The notes under the pieces are model-generated. The model saw only the letters and a list, made by a program, of their open reading frames with translations. It was not told where the DNA came from and searched no databases. A stretch of DNA of 64,000 nt from Camelus ferus (lineage: Eukaryota). The translations under genes and the position numbers were made by a program. Shown piece after piece: positions 51,718-64,000 of the stretch; position 1 is the stretch's first letter, and every line of letters begins with the position of its first letter. The stretch covers positions 110,982,001-111,046,000 of the forward strand of contig NC_045697.1 of NCBI RefSeq assembly GCF_009834535.1, written 5' to 3'.

Positions 51718-52871
51718 GATTTGGGGATGCACTGTTTGCCTTTCCCCCCCAGGCTGTCTTTTTACCCTCTTCCTAACTTGAAAAAAAAAAAAAAATTCTT
51801 CACAGCATCTAACCCAATCACTTGCATCCTGCTTACTTATTCATACAATCAGGGTCAGGATCCGGGCCACAGCCTCCTCTCCGCCTCCTTTCGGTAGCCC
51901 TACACGAGCAGACAGACGCGAGTGCGCCGAGAATTCCATTTCTAATTTACTAAAGATAAAAATGAATATATCACGCACTGCGTCCCGCGAACAGCAGTTA
52001 ATAGATGATGTACGTGCCAGCCGACAGCGCCAGACCGGGGGTGGGCGAGGGATGATGACAACTCGGCTCCAACCTCCACTTCCCCCCAGTAACAAGGAGC
52101 TTGCGTCTCCCCTTTGTTGCCTCTGCCTCCGTACAGCCCCGAGGGGAAGAAAAGTGCCTGGGCCTCCACCCCTCAGGTAAGGAAACGGACTGCTTTTCAA
52201 AGTCCCCCAACCGACAAAGTTTTGCTAAGAATTAAGATACTCAGAACTGCAGTTTAAGAAAAAAAAAAAAATCCAAAATCCAGTTACAGATTGCAGCAGC
52301 AGGAAACGCGAAGACCTCGCCAAGGGCTGCATTGTGGCTCACGCCGGCTCAGGAAGGGAAGTTGGAAGGAACACTTGGGAAGCAAATTTTCTGTGACAGC
52401 TCTGGCGCCCATGCCCAGAGTTGCTCAGTATCCTTTGGCTTCAGTTGTTTTACTTCAGAGGAGAGTGTGTAAAACCTGGCAGCAGGATTAGCGAGGTAAA
52501 CCACATGTCAGCCTAGCAGACGCAGGACAAACACAGGCTGTGGGAAATTGGGGAAGGAAAAAAAAAATCAGAGGAAATCTCTGCAAAACCCCTGTTGTGA
52601 GCAATTCAGAGGTTTCCCCACATCTGCAAGTAGTTTCCAAAATAGGTGAGAGGACTTCTCCTCCCCCCAAATTTCCAAAGGACTGATGATTGGGAAAAAG
52701 CCTTCCCTTTACCAACTAAATCTTGAACTGTCGCTCTAGCAGGGACTTGTAAAAAAAATCTTCTGTTACCGTTGCATCTTAATTTAATATTTAAATTGTC
52801 CCTCCTTTTCTGAGTTACCATCAACATACAGTCTCATCTAGAGGGAAATAAGGTAACACCATATACACAGG

Positions 52872-52874
<3 letters not shown>

Positions 52875-52920
<46 letters not shown>
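52875..52920. repeat. (AC)23 microsatellite
   Basis: Uninterrupted AC dinucleotide run. Confidence 0.97.
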
Positions 52921-52922
<2 letters not shown>

Positions 52923-55707
52923 CTTTGACAGGTAGACCCAGTCTTTGGCTAGGTTTTACGTTTGTTAAAGAAAAATCAGAGGCTAATCTTGAAGAAATAC
53001 CGAATATTTCCAATTTAAACTGAGAGTAAAAGGATGTGAGGCCGGATAGAACTGACTGATTCCATGTTCCTGGCAAAAACTGGGGCTTCCTCAGAAGCCA
53101 CTACAGTGATGGAGCCTCTCTTCCATTGATCTCTCAAACTTCTAATCCTAGATCATAAAACAGACAGCAGATCTGAAAAGAACACATTGAATAAGCAGGT
53201 AGAAGTATTTGGTTTTGAAATCTCTTGCTGAGTCATTCTCAAATTCTTTTACCCATCAAAAAAAAAAGTGTTTGCATAATTAATAGTGGTGTTCCTCTAG
53301 TGCAGGGCTAAACAAGAATGTATTTTGCTTAGCCTATTTGAAAGCCCTGGAAATGCAACTTTCCTTTAGAGGATCCTCTTGAGCTGCTGACAGTGTCCCC
53401 ATTCCCTACTGCCAGACCTTTAAAATGTCCCTTGTTAACCGAAATGACTGCAAACATCTCCTTAGACTATTTTATCATATGAGGGTTTGCAAGAGTTGGT
53501 ACCTGGGGTTTGCCTAAACATCAACTTACTTTGCAGTGATGAGTATGTTTCATACATCTGTCCTGAAACATATGTTACCATATAGAGACATCTGCCTATT
53601 CTGTTTTCCTTACAGAATTTATCATTGCTCAGTTTTATAGTTTTATAAATCTGTAATCCAGAGTTAGAAAAATAGACACAGTAGAGCCTCAAACCAAAAT
53701 ATAGAAATGTTTCTTTAGAGCTGAAATACTTGAAGAGAATGCTGAAGGGACCTTACTTCTAGCTGGCAGCTGCCTCTCACCACCGTTGCCACTTGCGGCA
53801 GAACCCCATCGCCCCCCAGCAATCTTAGGGAGGAAGCCACCCAAGATAGCTGAAGCAAGAGGTGCTTTCTATGCCAATTGGTATATCCTGTTTACTATCA
53901 CAGTAATTAAAATAAACTTGCCTTGGAGACAGTGTCAGTTAGAAATGTCTATTTTCTAATCTAGCCAATTTGAGATCAGCTAGTTGTGATCATTTTTTGC
54001 TATGAAACCAAGGAACATATGAATATATTCCCCTTCATGTTCCTTGTAAGAAAAAAAAAGATAACTCAGACATATATGCAATAAAAAATGTCTCCCTCTC
54101 TCCCTTAATCTCGCTCCTGGGAACACTGTCAACCTGCTAACCAAATAGTGTGCATATAGACTGGCTCCATGAAACCATCTAATCTGTAGATTAAAAATAG
54201 CAAATATTGGCAATTTCATGTGGCGCAACCTATTACTTCAAGGCTTTAAAAAAAAATCCTACTTTGTACTAATGCTGCTGTTCTGAATTAACCTATATGC
54301 ATCTACGTCAAATATTTTCAGATGAGTCTCTGGGTCTCAATAGTGTTTGACTCTCACATTTTCTTTTCTTTTATAAGATTTTATAAAAATCTTACATTCT
54401 ATGATTTTTTAGGTCACATTATTTCATATACCACCACTGCAAGATGTTCCTAACTCTTGTTAATTAGAATGATACTACATTCAATAAAAATCTGTCCCTC
54501 ATTGCTGTGTTCTAAGTAGCAAGTAGAGGAAGAATGAAAAAGTGAACAGAAGGCAATATTTGTTTCACAACAAAAGTTTTATGGAAGATGTTCGTTGAGA
54601 AAAAGAAACACACCTCCTTAGGAAATAAAGACAAAGAAAAGAGCCTGCCTTTTGCAGTGGATTCTGGTCTGAGCAGGGGCTATTGATCTAAAAGTCTCTG
54701 GTCATTTCTTGGTATTTGCTGACTGGATGCACTGCCCTTGTTACCAAACTGCCCTTTGTGTGGGAGAGACACCCTTAATTTTTATGGCTTTTAGCTACTC
54801 CAGACCTTTTTATTCCCCTTTCACCCCATTCTCATGTGACCCTCTACAGCATACATAAGCTTTATTTTACCTGCTTTCTTCTAAGGCTCTCTCTCAGCCC
54901 TGAGCAGTTCTTCACAGCACCTCTTAATTTTAATTCATGTCCCAAATGCTACTGATGCTACAGGAGATCATTTTGGGTTAACACAGTGATAAACTTAAAA
55001 AAAAAATTAAGGAGTTACATATGTTTGTGCATATTAGAAAAAATAATCAACAAAATTTGCAGTTGCATATGTATTTCTTATAATGATGCTTAGATTAAAA
55101 AGCAAGTTAGTAGCTAAATGAAATTAAGTCAATAGTATAGTGGCCCATGAAGGTTAACTGATGTTTGATAAGCACTGATCTAATTCAGTTCTTAGGTCCT
55201 CGGACCCCACACTGTCTGTGGACAGCCGTTTTGCCCCTTCCACCTCACCTGTATTGCGCTCTGTTCCTTCACCTACCTGCTTATCACCCATTCGTGTTTC
55301 CAGAGCACAACACAGAAAGACTATGCTTGGACACAGAAACTGCATGTATTTGCTGTCAACACTTTGGTCTGGTCTCTTATTTAAGCATTACTTGCTGTGT
55401 AAGTCTCAAGAAAAGCCACTGACTTGTTTGTTCAGAAACCACGTACTATTGCCTAACGACGTCTGGAAATGATTGCACTCTGTATTCAGGCATCAGCTTT
55501 GCCAAAGGGAAATGGGGGGAATGGAAGGGAGCAAGTAGGGCTCATCGCATTTCCCACCTGCTGGGACTGATAGGTTCGAGTCCACCAGATGGATGCAACT
55601 CTACAAAGTCTATGCCTGTACTGAATCCTCACTGTTGTCCCCGGAGCACATAGCCAAGGAGGCACAGGTCTCTCACATGCAAGTAGTCGCTCAGTCAGCA
55701 GACTAAC

Positions 55708-55832
55708 TTTTCTTTTTTAGAGGGGTAGGTAGTTAGGTTGTATTTATTTATTTTAATCGAGGTGCTAAGGATTGAACCCAGGATCTTGTGTTGATTACGC
55801 AAGCACTCTGCCACTGAGCTGTACCTCCCACC
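55708..55832 (-). mobile_element. Camelid Vic-1-type SINE (more diverged copy), adjacent to a MIR (~55840-56055)
   Basis: Minus strand reads GGGAGGTACAGCTCAGTGGCAGAGTGC...GGGTTCAATCC...AACCTAACTACC, then the tail. Confidence 0.85.
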
Positions 55833-58800
55833 TTAGTCTCTCAATCCAGATTCCATCCCTCTGCTTAATAGCTTGGTAACTTTGGACCCACCTTTTTAAC
55901 CTCATGTGCCTTCAGTTTCCTCATCCACAAAACAGGGATAATCTTATTCCATAATATTTCACAGAGTGTTATAAGAATTAAGTTAGTTAATCTATGTGAT
56001 GTGCCTACAGTTCCTACCGCAGAGTGCACTTTCGGTATCTGTTTGCTGATATCATCTTAAATAAGTTGTAAAATGTCAAACTATTTCCAGCCCTTTTAAA
56101 TACATTGTTTGAAAAGCGCCTTCTCCTTCACTTCAACCTAAATGGTGTAACTTTAAGGCAGAGTGATTCAAGGTTATGCTGGAGAGAAGCACTGGTTAAG
56201 AATACAGAACTGGTTAGGCATACAGGCTTCATCCGCAGAAAACTCAGGCGTTCTAAGTGACTTTGCCACTGAGGAGCTATTTGGCTTTGGGCAAGTTTCT
56301 CCGCTAGCTCCATTCTCCTAATTTTTTGAAATAAGAATGAAATACCTGATAGGGTTGAGCTAAGATATAGTAAGATCATGCACGTAATGTACTTGCTGGT
56401 AGGCGTGAGCACATTACCAAGGGTGGTTATTATTATTGATTGGCATTTTCCTAGTGATCTGTGGGAAAAACCTATACACTATAAGCTTTTCCACCATCAC
56501 GCAAGAAGTTCAACCCACACACAAACCTGGTTACAAATTAAATAAAGCTAGGACGGTTTTGTTTGAAAATTTCACTAATATAAAACCTATCAAATTGAAA
56601 TAAAGATTTAGGTGACATTGCTGGTGTTGCTTGTAAATTCCCCAATTTATGGAAGTATATTTACCTCTCTGACTGACATGCAGAATACCATTCATCTGGC
56701 CACTTTCTGTCCCCTTAACTTAGCTAACATGGTCTTGGGTTCATATTTTCATATTATAAGCACAAGGTAGGTCTCCCAATTTTTCCTACACAATTTTCCT
56801 ATCAAATAAAATCTGTACTTCATTTCATTCTACCTTCCTCATGAAGATTAAAAAACAGATCTCGAAGCCTTTTATAAAACCTACTATATACTTTCAAGGC
56901 AATGAAAATAATTTTAAAAATAAAATAATGAAGTAGTACCAGCCTCTTGTGAGAAAGAGATGCCTAAACTCCATAAGGCCCATTATCTGGGTCAGTCACC
57001 TGCAAACATTTTTCTGATCCCATGCTCTTCTGAAGATAGGGAATGAGTTAGAAGGACTTGAGTCATACGTGAACATATTACTGTCACCTCATAACCTCTG
57101 ACCCTCTGCTGGTTCCTACGGCTGGCTGTTCTTTGGGGGCTTGGAGCTCTGCTAATCCAGTGGACAACTGTTGGGCAGTGAAGACCTGCATGCCTGACAG
57201 TGGCCAAGAGCCTCTGGTCCTGGTGGGAGGCTACAGTCTTCCTACCATCTCTGGTGAAGCCTCACTTTGCATTGTTCCTTCCTGACTCCCCAGATGATAT
57301 TCTGGACAGAAGTGCCTGCTCTGCCTGCATCCACGTCATTGTTCTCATCAAGGCCACATCTTTTCCATGCATGAACCCTACAAAATACATATTTTGCCTG
57401 TCCATATGTCCTAGTGCAAAATAATTTTTTATCTGACAAAAGTAGAATTGAGTTTATTTCAACCATCTAAGTAATATTCTAATAGGCCACCACTGGAAAC
57501 ATTTAACCCTAGAATAAAAGTGAAAATTAATTTTAAAAATCTATACACTTAATACAAAAGCAGAGTTTAGGATTAGAAAATGTCTTTGAATCTTTGCTCT
57601 AATTGTTAGATGTCTTTGGATACAGTCTTTCTTAATTTTTCTTACCTTTAAAATGAAATGCTTATCTCATGTGGTTATCTTGTGATGCAGATATATTCGG
57701 TACATAAATCATCTAGCATGGAACATGGTATTTGACAGGAGCTCCGTGGCTATTAAGTCCTCACCTCCTCCCACCCACAAATAACAAATATCCCTGAGAG
57801 CACGAAAAATCACATCAGAGACCCTGAAAAGAAACTTGTAATAAGTATTTACAAAATAATTGGGAAATGCAAGATATTCCTTCAAAGGTAAAAGGAAGAT
57901 CTGGAGGGAGATTGAAAAGGAACAATGCCTGCATACTTAACAGGACTCAGTGACTTCAGGGTTTATCTCTCCTTTCCATTTCCTACCTATAAACTACTGA
58001 ATGTTCACATAGCAGGAGTACCTTATAGCTGCTTGACTGCTTCACCTTCTCAGAATAAATTTCTGACAGCCTAGATTTAGCAAAGCCAACATCTTTGAGT
58101 AAGACGGGAAGAACTGTCTACCAACCTCTAGGATAAGTTGCTGGGTGATTGGTTGGTGTATATTGAAAATTTGTTTGATAAATAAAGAATGGAAGGCAAA
58201 ATAATAGAGATTATGTGTAAACCATAGTTTTTGCAGAATTATTAGGTTATCATGCATGACATTAAGTAAAATAACCTTCAAAAACTAAAAAAATAAAACT
58301 TGTTTGACATCAGTTTTTACGATGCATTGTAAAATCACCAAGTTATTTTATAACTTACTTAACTCTATTCACAATTTGCAGCTGCATTTGAACACTGGTT
58401 TTTCTGTATTTCTGAACTCTCCATCATGCTCTGGGTCTGGTGCTGGGGCCAGGCCAGATTTATTTTGTAAGCTGCACTGGGCTCTCAGGTGGCAATAATT
58501 AATGACCTTGGCCTTCAGCTTCAGGCATGGTAACTCACTTTGGATCGCTCTTCCAACCACTAAAGCAAAGTAAAATAGTTTTGCGCTGTAAAACCAACCC
58601 CCAATCAATACGAAGCGTCTGAGGTGTGTTTATTTATATATTTATTGCTTTTCATCTTCAAAGCACTTTAACAACATTAACTGACGGTCCTTAAAATAGG
58701 TGAACATGGTTTGATCATTAACTGATACGTGCATATCTAAAGAGCCTGGCAACACCAACTTGAAAAACCTAAGATGCGGAAGTGGCTACAACTCAGAGAG

Positions 58801-59053
58801 AGGACAATTTCCTTCGTATTTTCTCTCTTCCTCACTTCTGGGGAAAGGTTTTATTTGCATTTACTCTATGTCTGACAACCAAAACGAAAACGAAAAAAAT
58901 CTTGTCAACAGAGCAGAGCACAGCTGGGCCAGGGACATGGGCTGCGTGGTGGATTCTGATTTCTTCAGGTCAGTAGTGCCCTGGAATATTCACATTGCTT
59001 TGCCAGAGTACTCAGGAGAGCTGAGTTATCAAAAGCTCATTACTCAGACTAGG

Positions 59054-59142
59054 TTTTTTTGTTTGTTTGTTTTGCAGTTTTTTAACATTGCTTTTTTTTT
59101 TTTATTGAAGTATAGTCAGTTACAATGTGTCAATTTCTGGTG
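59054..59142 (-). mobile_element. Extremely truncated L1 3' end plus tail
   Basis: TTTATTGAAGTATAGTCAGTTACAATGTGTCAATTTCTGGTG, flanked by imperfect TSD TCAGACTAGGTTTT (59044) / TCAGACAAGCTTTT (59143). Confidence 0.8.
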
Positions 59143-62100
59143 TCAGACAAGCTTTTGAAAGCACCCCTCACCCTCAATTATCTAGCTATTTTAGATGAAA
59201 ATGGGTGTGGTGCTTTCATTTTTTTGCTAGTGGAAAAGTGCTGACATTTCTGCATAATTTCCTCCTTTTCCTACTTTAGTTAGCATGTGTTTGATAGAAG
59301 GTTATCCCCAGTGTTTTCCAAATTATTACTCTAAAAACACCATCTGTGATTGAGGTCGCAGTTCATTGGTAGGGCTGTGCTTCGTACAAGTCCTCACTGT
59401 TTAGTACTCTGAGATTAGCAGGTTGCTACCTTTTTTTCCCTCTCTCTTACTTTTATTCAGAAAGAGTAAAAAAAAAAAAAAAAAAAGTCTGCTCATTCAT
59501 ATGGTTCCAACATCAAAATAAAAAGTAATTAAATTACCTTGTGAGGCTAATTTCTAAGTGCAGCTCTCTTTTAAAACAAAATGCTTTAACAATTTCAAAA
59601 AGGGGTAACAACAAATTTGGAACATTTCTTGATAACCTGTAAAAATAAGTGGGTTCTCCTTTGTTTTCTTGTTTTCTAATAACAATTGCTGTGAGAAGTG
59701 GAAACTGTCATGTGTTTGGCTTTAAAATCAGTGCAAAGTTTATGGCTTTCTCTTTTAAAATCATTAGGCCACATGCTGAGAACTTGAGCTGTTTGCTCCT
59801 GATTACCAGTGAGACAGGAAAGCAATTAGTAGAGCAATTAACTCAATATGTAGTGGGACCTTCCATTAGCCACTTTCAATCTAAGAGCCCAGTATATAAA
59901 TGCCTCAGTTCACAGGACACGTTTCCAAAGAATAAATAAAATGATCATGAAACAAGAGGCTCTTTAGATATGCATGTATCAGTTAATGATCAAACTACAC
60001 AAAAAACAGTATCAGAGCAGACTAGTTACTAAATGGTGTTATTCTTACCCCCAAAACTCACTTGCTTCTAGCTAGACCTGTATTTGCTCTTCACCTCAGT
60101 GATCTGTTATTTTTAATAAATTACTTCTCAAAATAATAAACATTAAAATGAATAATGTGGTGATAAATTCTAATTTAGCTCAATAGGACTCATTACAAAA
60201 TTAGGGATTTTTTTCCACAAGTCCAATATTGTAGGCTGAAGTGATGACTATTTTTTTGGCGGGGGGATCTGAAAGATTTCCTGTGGGTTTTGAATTTCTA
60301 ATCTTTAAATTTCTAAGTTTGGGGGATGAAATCTGTTTTTCTCCATTTGTCGTAATACATTTTCTCATAAGATTAATCCTTTAACCATATCACTCATAAG
60401 TTTTTTTGAATGATTTTTACATTTAAAAGTTCTCCTGAGGATTTATAATTGGTACTTTTGTACCACAATGGTGATACACTTTTGTATCTATTTGAAGCAT
60501 TATTTTGTTTTATTAACACTCAGGTTAACATGACAGGCAAATAATGAAGCACAAACTCCACATCAGAGTTTGAATACTGAAAGTACTGCATGTGATGAAA
60601 ATTGAAATCTGAGGTTAGCAGAGGCATGTCTGCCCGTGGAACCTACTCAGGTGTGCTGTTACCTCCTTCTCCTGCAACATGACTAACGTTCTTAAAGAAC
60701 TATTGATTTTGTAAGAGTTGAACTTATAACATTGATTGTGATACTAATTAAATATGTCTAACACTTCATTGAAGAGAGAAAATATAATAATCTAAGTCAT
60801 CAGACAGTCTTAACTATACTGAATCATTTGCTCTGAAGAATGCGATACCAACCCCTTGGATCCTGTTTTTCTGCCAGGTCTGCCAAGGCCACGTAGCACT
60901 GAAGCTCTTAGTTTCAAAGACAGAAACAGTGCAGGAGTCAGGCACTAATTGGCCTTAATGTGTTTCAGAGTGTAGTGTTCTAAATGGCATGCTATCCGAG
61001 GCATTACCCAGATTGTACAAAGAGGATGCTTTATGCAGACTACCTTTGGCATCTGTGTCCCTGTTGCCTGGTCAGTTATTTGACATCCAGTGACCTCTAG
61101 TGAGAACCAGAAGTTGTTAGCCAACATAAATTTCCTTGCCCAGTTTGAGTCCCTATAGGAACTCCAGAAAAAGACAGAAAAGAACTTCAGCAAGGCTCAT
61201 AGAATGCTTTTTATTTTTTCAGATCACAGCATTAATTCAAGTTTGAGAGGGTGAAAATATTAATATATTTATACCTCTTTAGAAAATCTTCAAATTTTCT
61301 AGAAATTTCACTACAGTCATTAGAGTACCTTCAATCACTACACTAGAGAAAATTTAAATGCATACAAATAAAAGGAAAAGCATGAAAAATTCAATGATAA
61401 TATAAACTGAGTATCAAAGGAAAAAAGAAAGTAATGTGCATCTTCCATATGTCACAGAGAGAAGTGGACTTTGTTTTTAGCAAATAGTTTTGCAAATTAT
61501 ATGGTCAAATTTTAGAATGATACAACTATACTATGGTTTAATTAATCCTAGAAGGCATAGCATTATTCCCTGAAATTGAAATATTGAATAATTAATAATT
61601 AATGCTAATTAATTAACAATTCAATGCTAAACATATAAGCATAAATAAATACATAAAGTATGAATATCATGGCCTTAATTCTCAAAGCACATAGCATAGC
61701 ACCTAGCATTCTGAACAATTTAGTTATAACAACTATAACTTTTATAACGATGATTTGAGTTCAATATATACTTCTTAACAGGATAACCTAGGCACAGAAA
61801 GATAAATGACACATGGGCACTACTCTGCCTGGTTGTATAATGTAGTAGGGTGGATGGCAAAAGTAACTTGATGAAATGTGATAAATACCTTATATGAGGA
61901 ACAAATGAAAACTTACAGGTGTCCTGTGAATAATGATCACTTTCACTTTAGGAAATGAGGGGAGAGTTTTCATAGCAGTGTTGGATCCTAATAGAGCTTA
62001 TGAGGGAGAATGAAAGAGGAAAAGGCAAGCACCTTTCTGCCTCTTTTGATAGTCTCTAAACCTTGTTTATCTTACTCTGCCTTATTTTAGCCTTTACTTA

Positions 62101-62461
62101 ATCTGTTATATGAATATAGAAAATATTCTCTTTTACATCTTACCTTGCATAATAATCCCCTATTTTTCTTAAATTTCACATATATTGTATAATTTTCCAT
62201 ATTTTAGTATTTCTATTTTTAATAACAGTGAACATATTAGTGCATTGTTTCCATCAGGGTATTTGGTATGAATAATACACATTTTAAAAGGACTTTAACT
62301 TAACACTTATATAAAGTTTTTCAATGTTTCAGAACTACAGTCCCTGTGGGAATTATAAAATTTATTCTCACTTAAAAAAACTGGAGCACTCCATACCTCG
62401 TCAGTGCTGTAGCATTTAAATATGTTCCCAGGAACATGAGTTCAATCCAAAATCCTTCCTC

Positions 62462-62795
62462 AGTCATAGCCACAGCAATTGGACAAGAAAAATAAATAAA
62501 AGGTATCCAAATTGGAAGGGAAGAGGTAGAATTGTCATTATATGCAGATAACAGGATAACTATATATAGAATACCCTAAAGACTCCACACAAAAACTATT
62601 AGAACCGATAAATGAATTCAGCAAGGTAGCAGGATACAAATTTAACCTACAAAAATCTGTTGCATTTCTTTATACTAACAATGAAGTATCAGAAAGGGAA
62701 AGTTAAAAACAACCCCTTTTAAAATTGCATCAAAAAATAAAATACTCGTGAATAAATCAGACCAAGGAAGTGAAAGACTTACATGCTGAAACTAT
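62462..62795 (+). mobile_element. L1 ORF2 RT fragment
   Basis: Closely similar to 25770-26095 ([18 protein letters not shown]...). Confidence 0.9.
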
Positions 62796-62799
62796 CAAT

Positions 62800-63330
62800 A
62801 TTCCAGTTTTATTGAGCTATAATTGACATATAGCACTGTGTAAGTTTAATGTGTACAGCATAATGATTTAATGTACATATCAAGAAATGATTACTATAAT
62901 AAGTTTAGTGAACACTCATCTCATATAGATAGAAAATTAAAGAAATAGAAAAAAATATTTTTCCCTTGGGATGAGAACTCAGGATTTTTCTCTTAACAGC
63001 TTTTACATGTAACATACAGCAATGTTAATTATATTAACCAGGTTGTACATTACATACCTAGTACATATTTATCTTACACCTACAAGTTTGTACCTTTTGA
63101 TTACCTTCATCCAATTCACCCTCCCCTCAAACTCTGTCTCTGGTAACTACAAGTCTGATCTCTTTTTCTATGAGTTTTTAATTTGTTATTGTAGTATATT
63201 TGATCTACAACACCATGTTAGTACCTGTTACACAGCATAGTGATTCAATATTTCTGTACATTTCAAAATGATCACTGTAATAAACCTAGTTAACATCTGT
63301 CATCAAAGATACTGCATAATTATTGACTAC
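62800..63330 (-). mobile_element. L1 3' UTR fragment
   Basis: CCAGTTTTATTGAGCTATAATTGACATATAGCACTGTGTAAGTTT...; same family as 37311-37590. Confidence 0.85.
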
Positions 63331-64000
63331 AAACACATTTTCTTATTTAGTCAATCGAGCATAAAATTAATTGATTGTATTTGGCCATATTGTAACTTGT
63401 TTGGTATGATTATCTTTTATCTCTCTTTTTCTCTTTTAGGTAGGGAGTTTAGTCTAAATAGTCGTAGATCTATTCTTATGGATCTAGCTTCCGAAGATCC
63501 ATATAAGTTGGCTTTTAAACTAAAGAAAATTATAAGACAAGATAGACATTTACATGATTTTTTGTCTTCGTCCTATTTGGCAATACTGAACTAGGATCAA
63601 ATTTTGTAATTAGTAATTTTGAAAATGTAATTTCAATTAATCAACCAATATAATTCAACTATAAACAAATGTATGGAATGAGACGACAGGTAGTTAGAAA
63701 ATCTGTTTTAATTTTTAAAACATCAGCTGTTAGAATCATTTAAAGATACTTGGTTGGCTTGGATCATCAGAATCCTAGCAACTGAAATGATCACAGATCA
63801 TGTCCACCTCCCTCATTTCTAAAATAATTGAAACTGTGATTCCCTTGGAGATTCGCATGAGTGCCAGGTAGCCAGGAAGACTCTAAGTTGCAGTCATTTT
63901 GTTTGGGTTTAGTCTGAATTTTCTCTTTCAGTTTCTGATTCAGAATTTGAGTCAGATGACTGAATTCTCACAAATTCTTTGAAAAGTATGTGAGTGTTAG

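Larger units (their letters stand above)
50400..52150. promoter_or_regulatory. CpG island / TLL1 promoter
   Basis: Abrupt rise in GC and CpG density against AT-rich flanks. GC boxes (GGGCGG), CCAAT 51814-51818, CACTTG 51819-51824, TACGTG 52011-52016. Confidence 0.9.

Noticed and set aside
50283..51776. Several long overlapping ORFs on both strands (237, 233 and 220 aa)
   Set aside because: CpG-island artefacts with no recognisable domain.
54374..54394. 9-bp inverted repeat TAAGATTTT/AAAATCTTA and similar AT-rich palindromes (e.g. ~9100-9200, ~61585-61620)
   Set aside because: Expected by chance in AT-rich low-complexity DNA.
62462..63330. Twin-primed (5'-inverted) single L1 insertion
   Set aside because: The tail of the minus-strand piece faces the plus-strand ORF2 piece, which is the wrong geometry. 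Two separate insertions are more likely.
1..64000. A previously undescribed multi-component biological system
   Set aside because: The window is explained by the TLL1 5' end plus ordinary mammalian repeats. Only regulatory-scale hypotheses remain.

Overview
Mammalian genomic DNA, very probably a camelid (alpaca/camel), judged from two Vic-1-type tRNA-derived SINEs. The only protein-coding exon I can support is exon 1 of TLL1 (tolloid-like 1 metalloprotease) on the minus strand (CDS 51226->51058, then GTGAGT), inside a CpG island at ~50400-52150. Bases 1-51057 are TLL1 intron 1 (I did not find exon 2), and ~51.7-64 kb is upstream flank. The rest is interspersed repeats: several L1s, two solo ERV LTRs, MER20/MER58A/MER5 transposons, L2 and MIR. 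Almost all other ORFs in the track are L1 remnants or chance ORFs. I see no new multi-gene system. The best leads are (i) a three-uORF 5' leader with a TGATG stop/start overlap, (ii) a sense-oriented solo LTR with a periodic CCAAT array, octamer and TATA, (iii) an L1 whose 5' UTR is joined directly to mid-ORF2, and (iv) an apparent GC shift in exon 1. Repeat family names and all human comparisons are from memory, not from searches. Repeat boundaries without TSDs are approximate.
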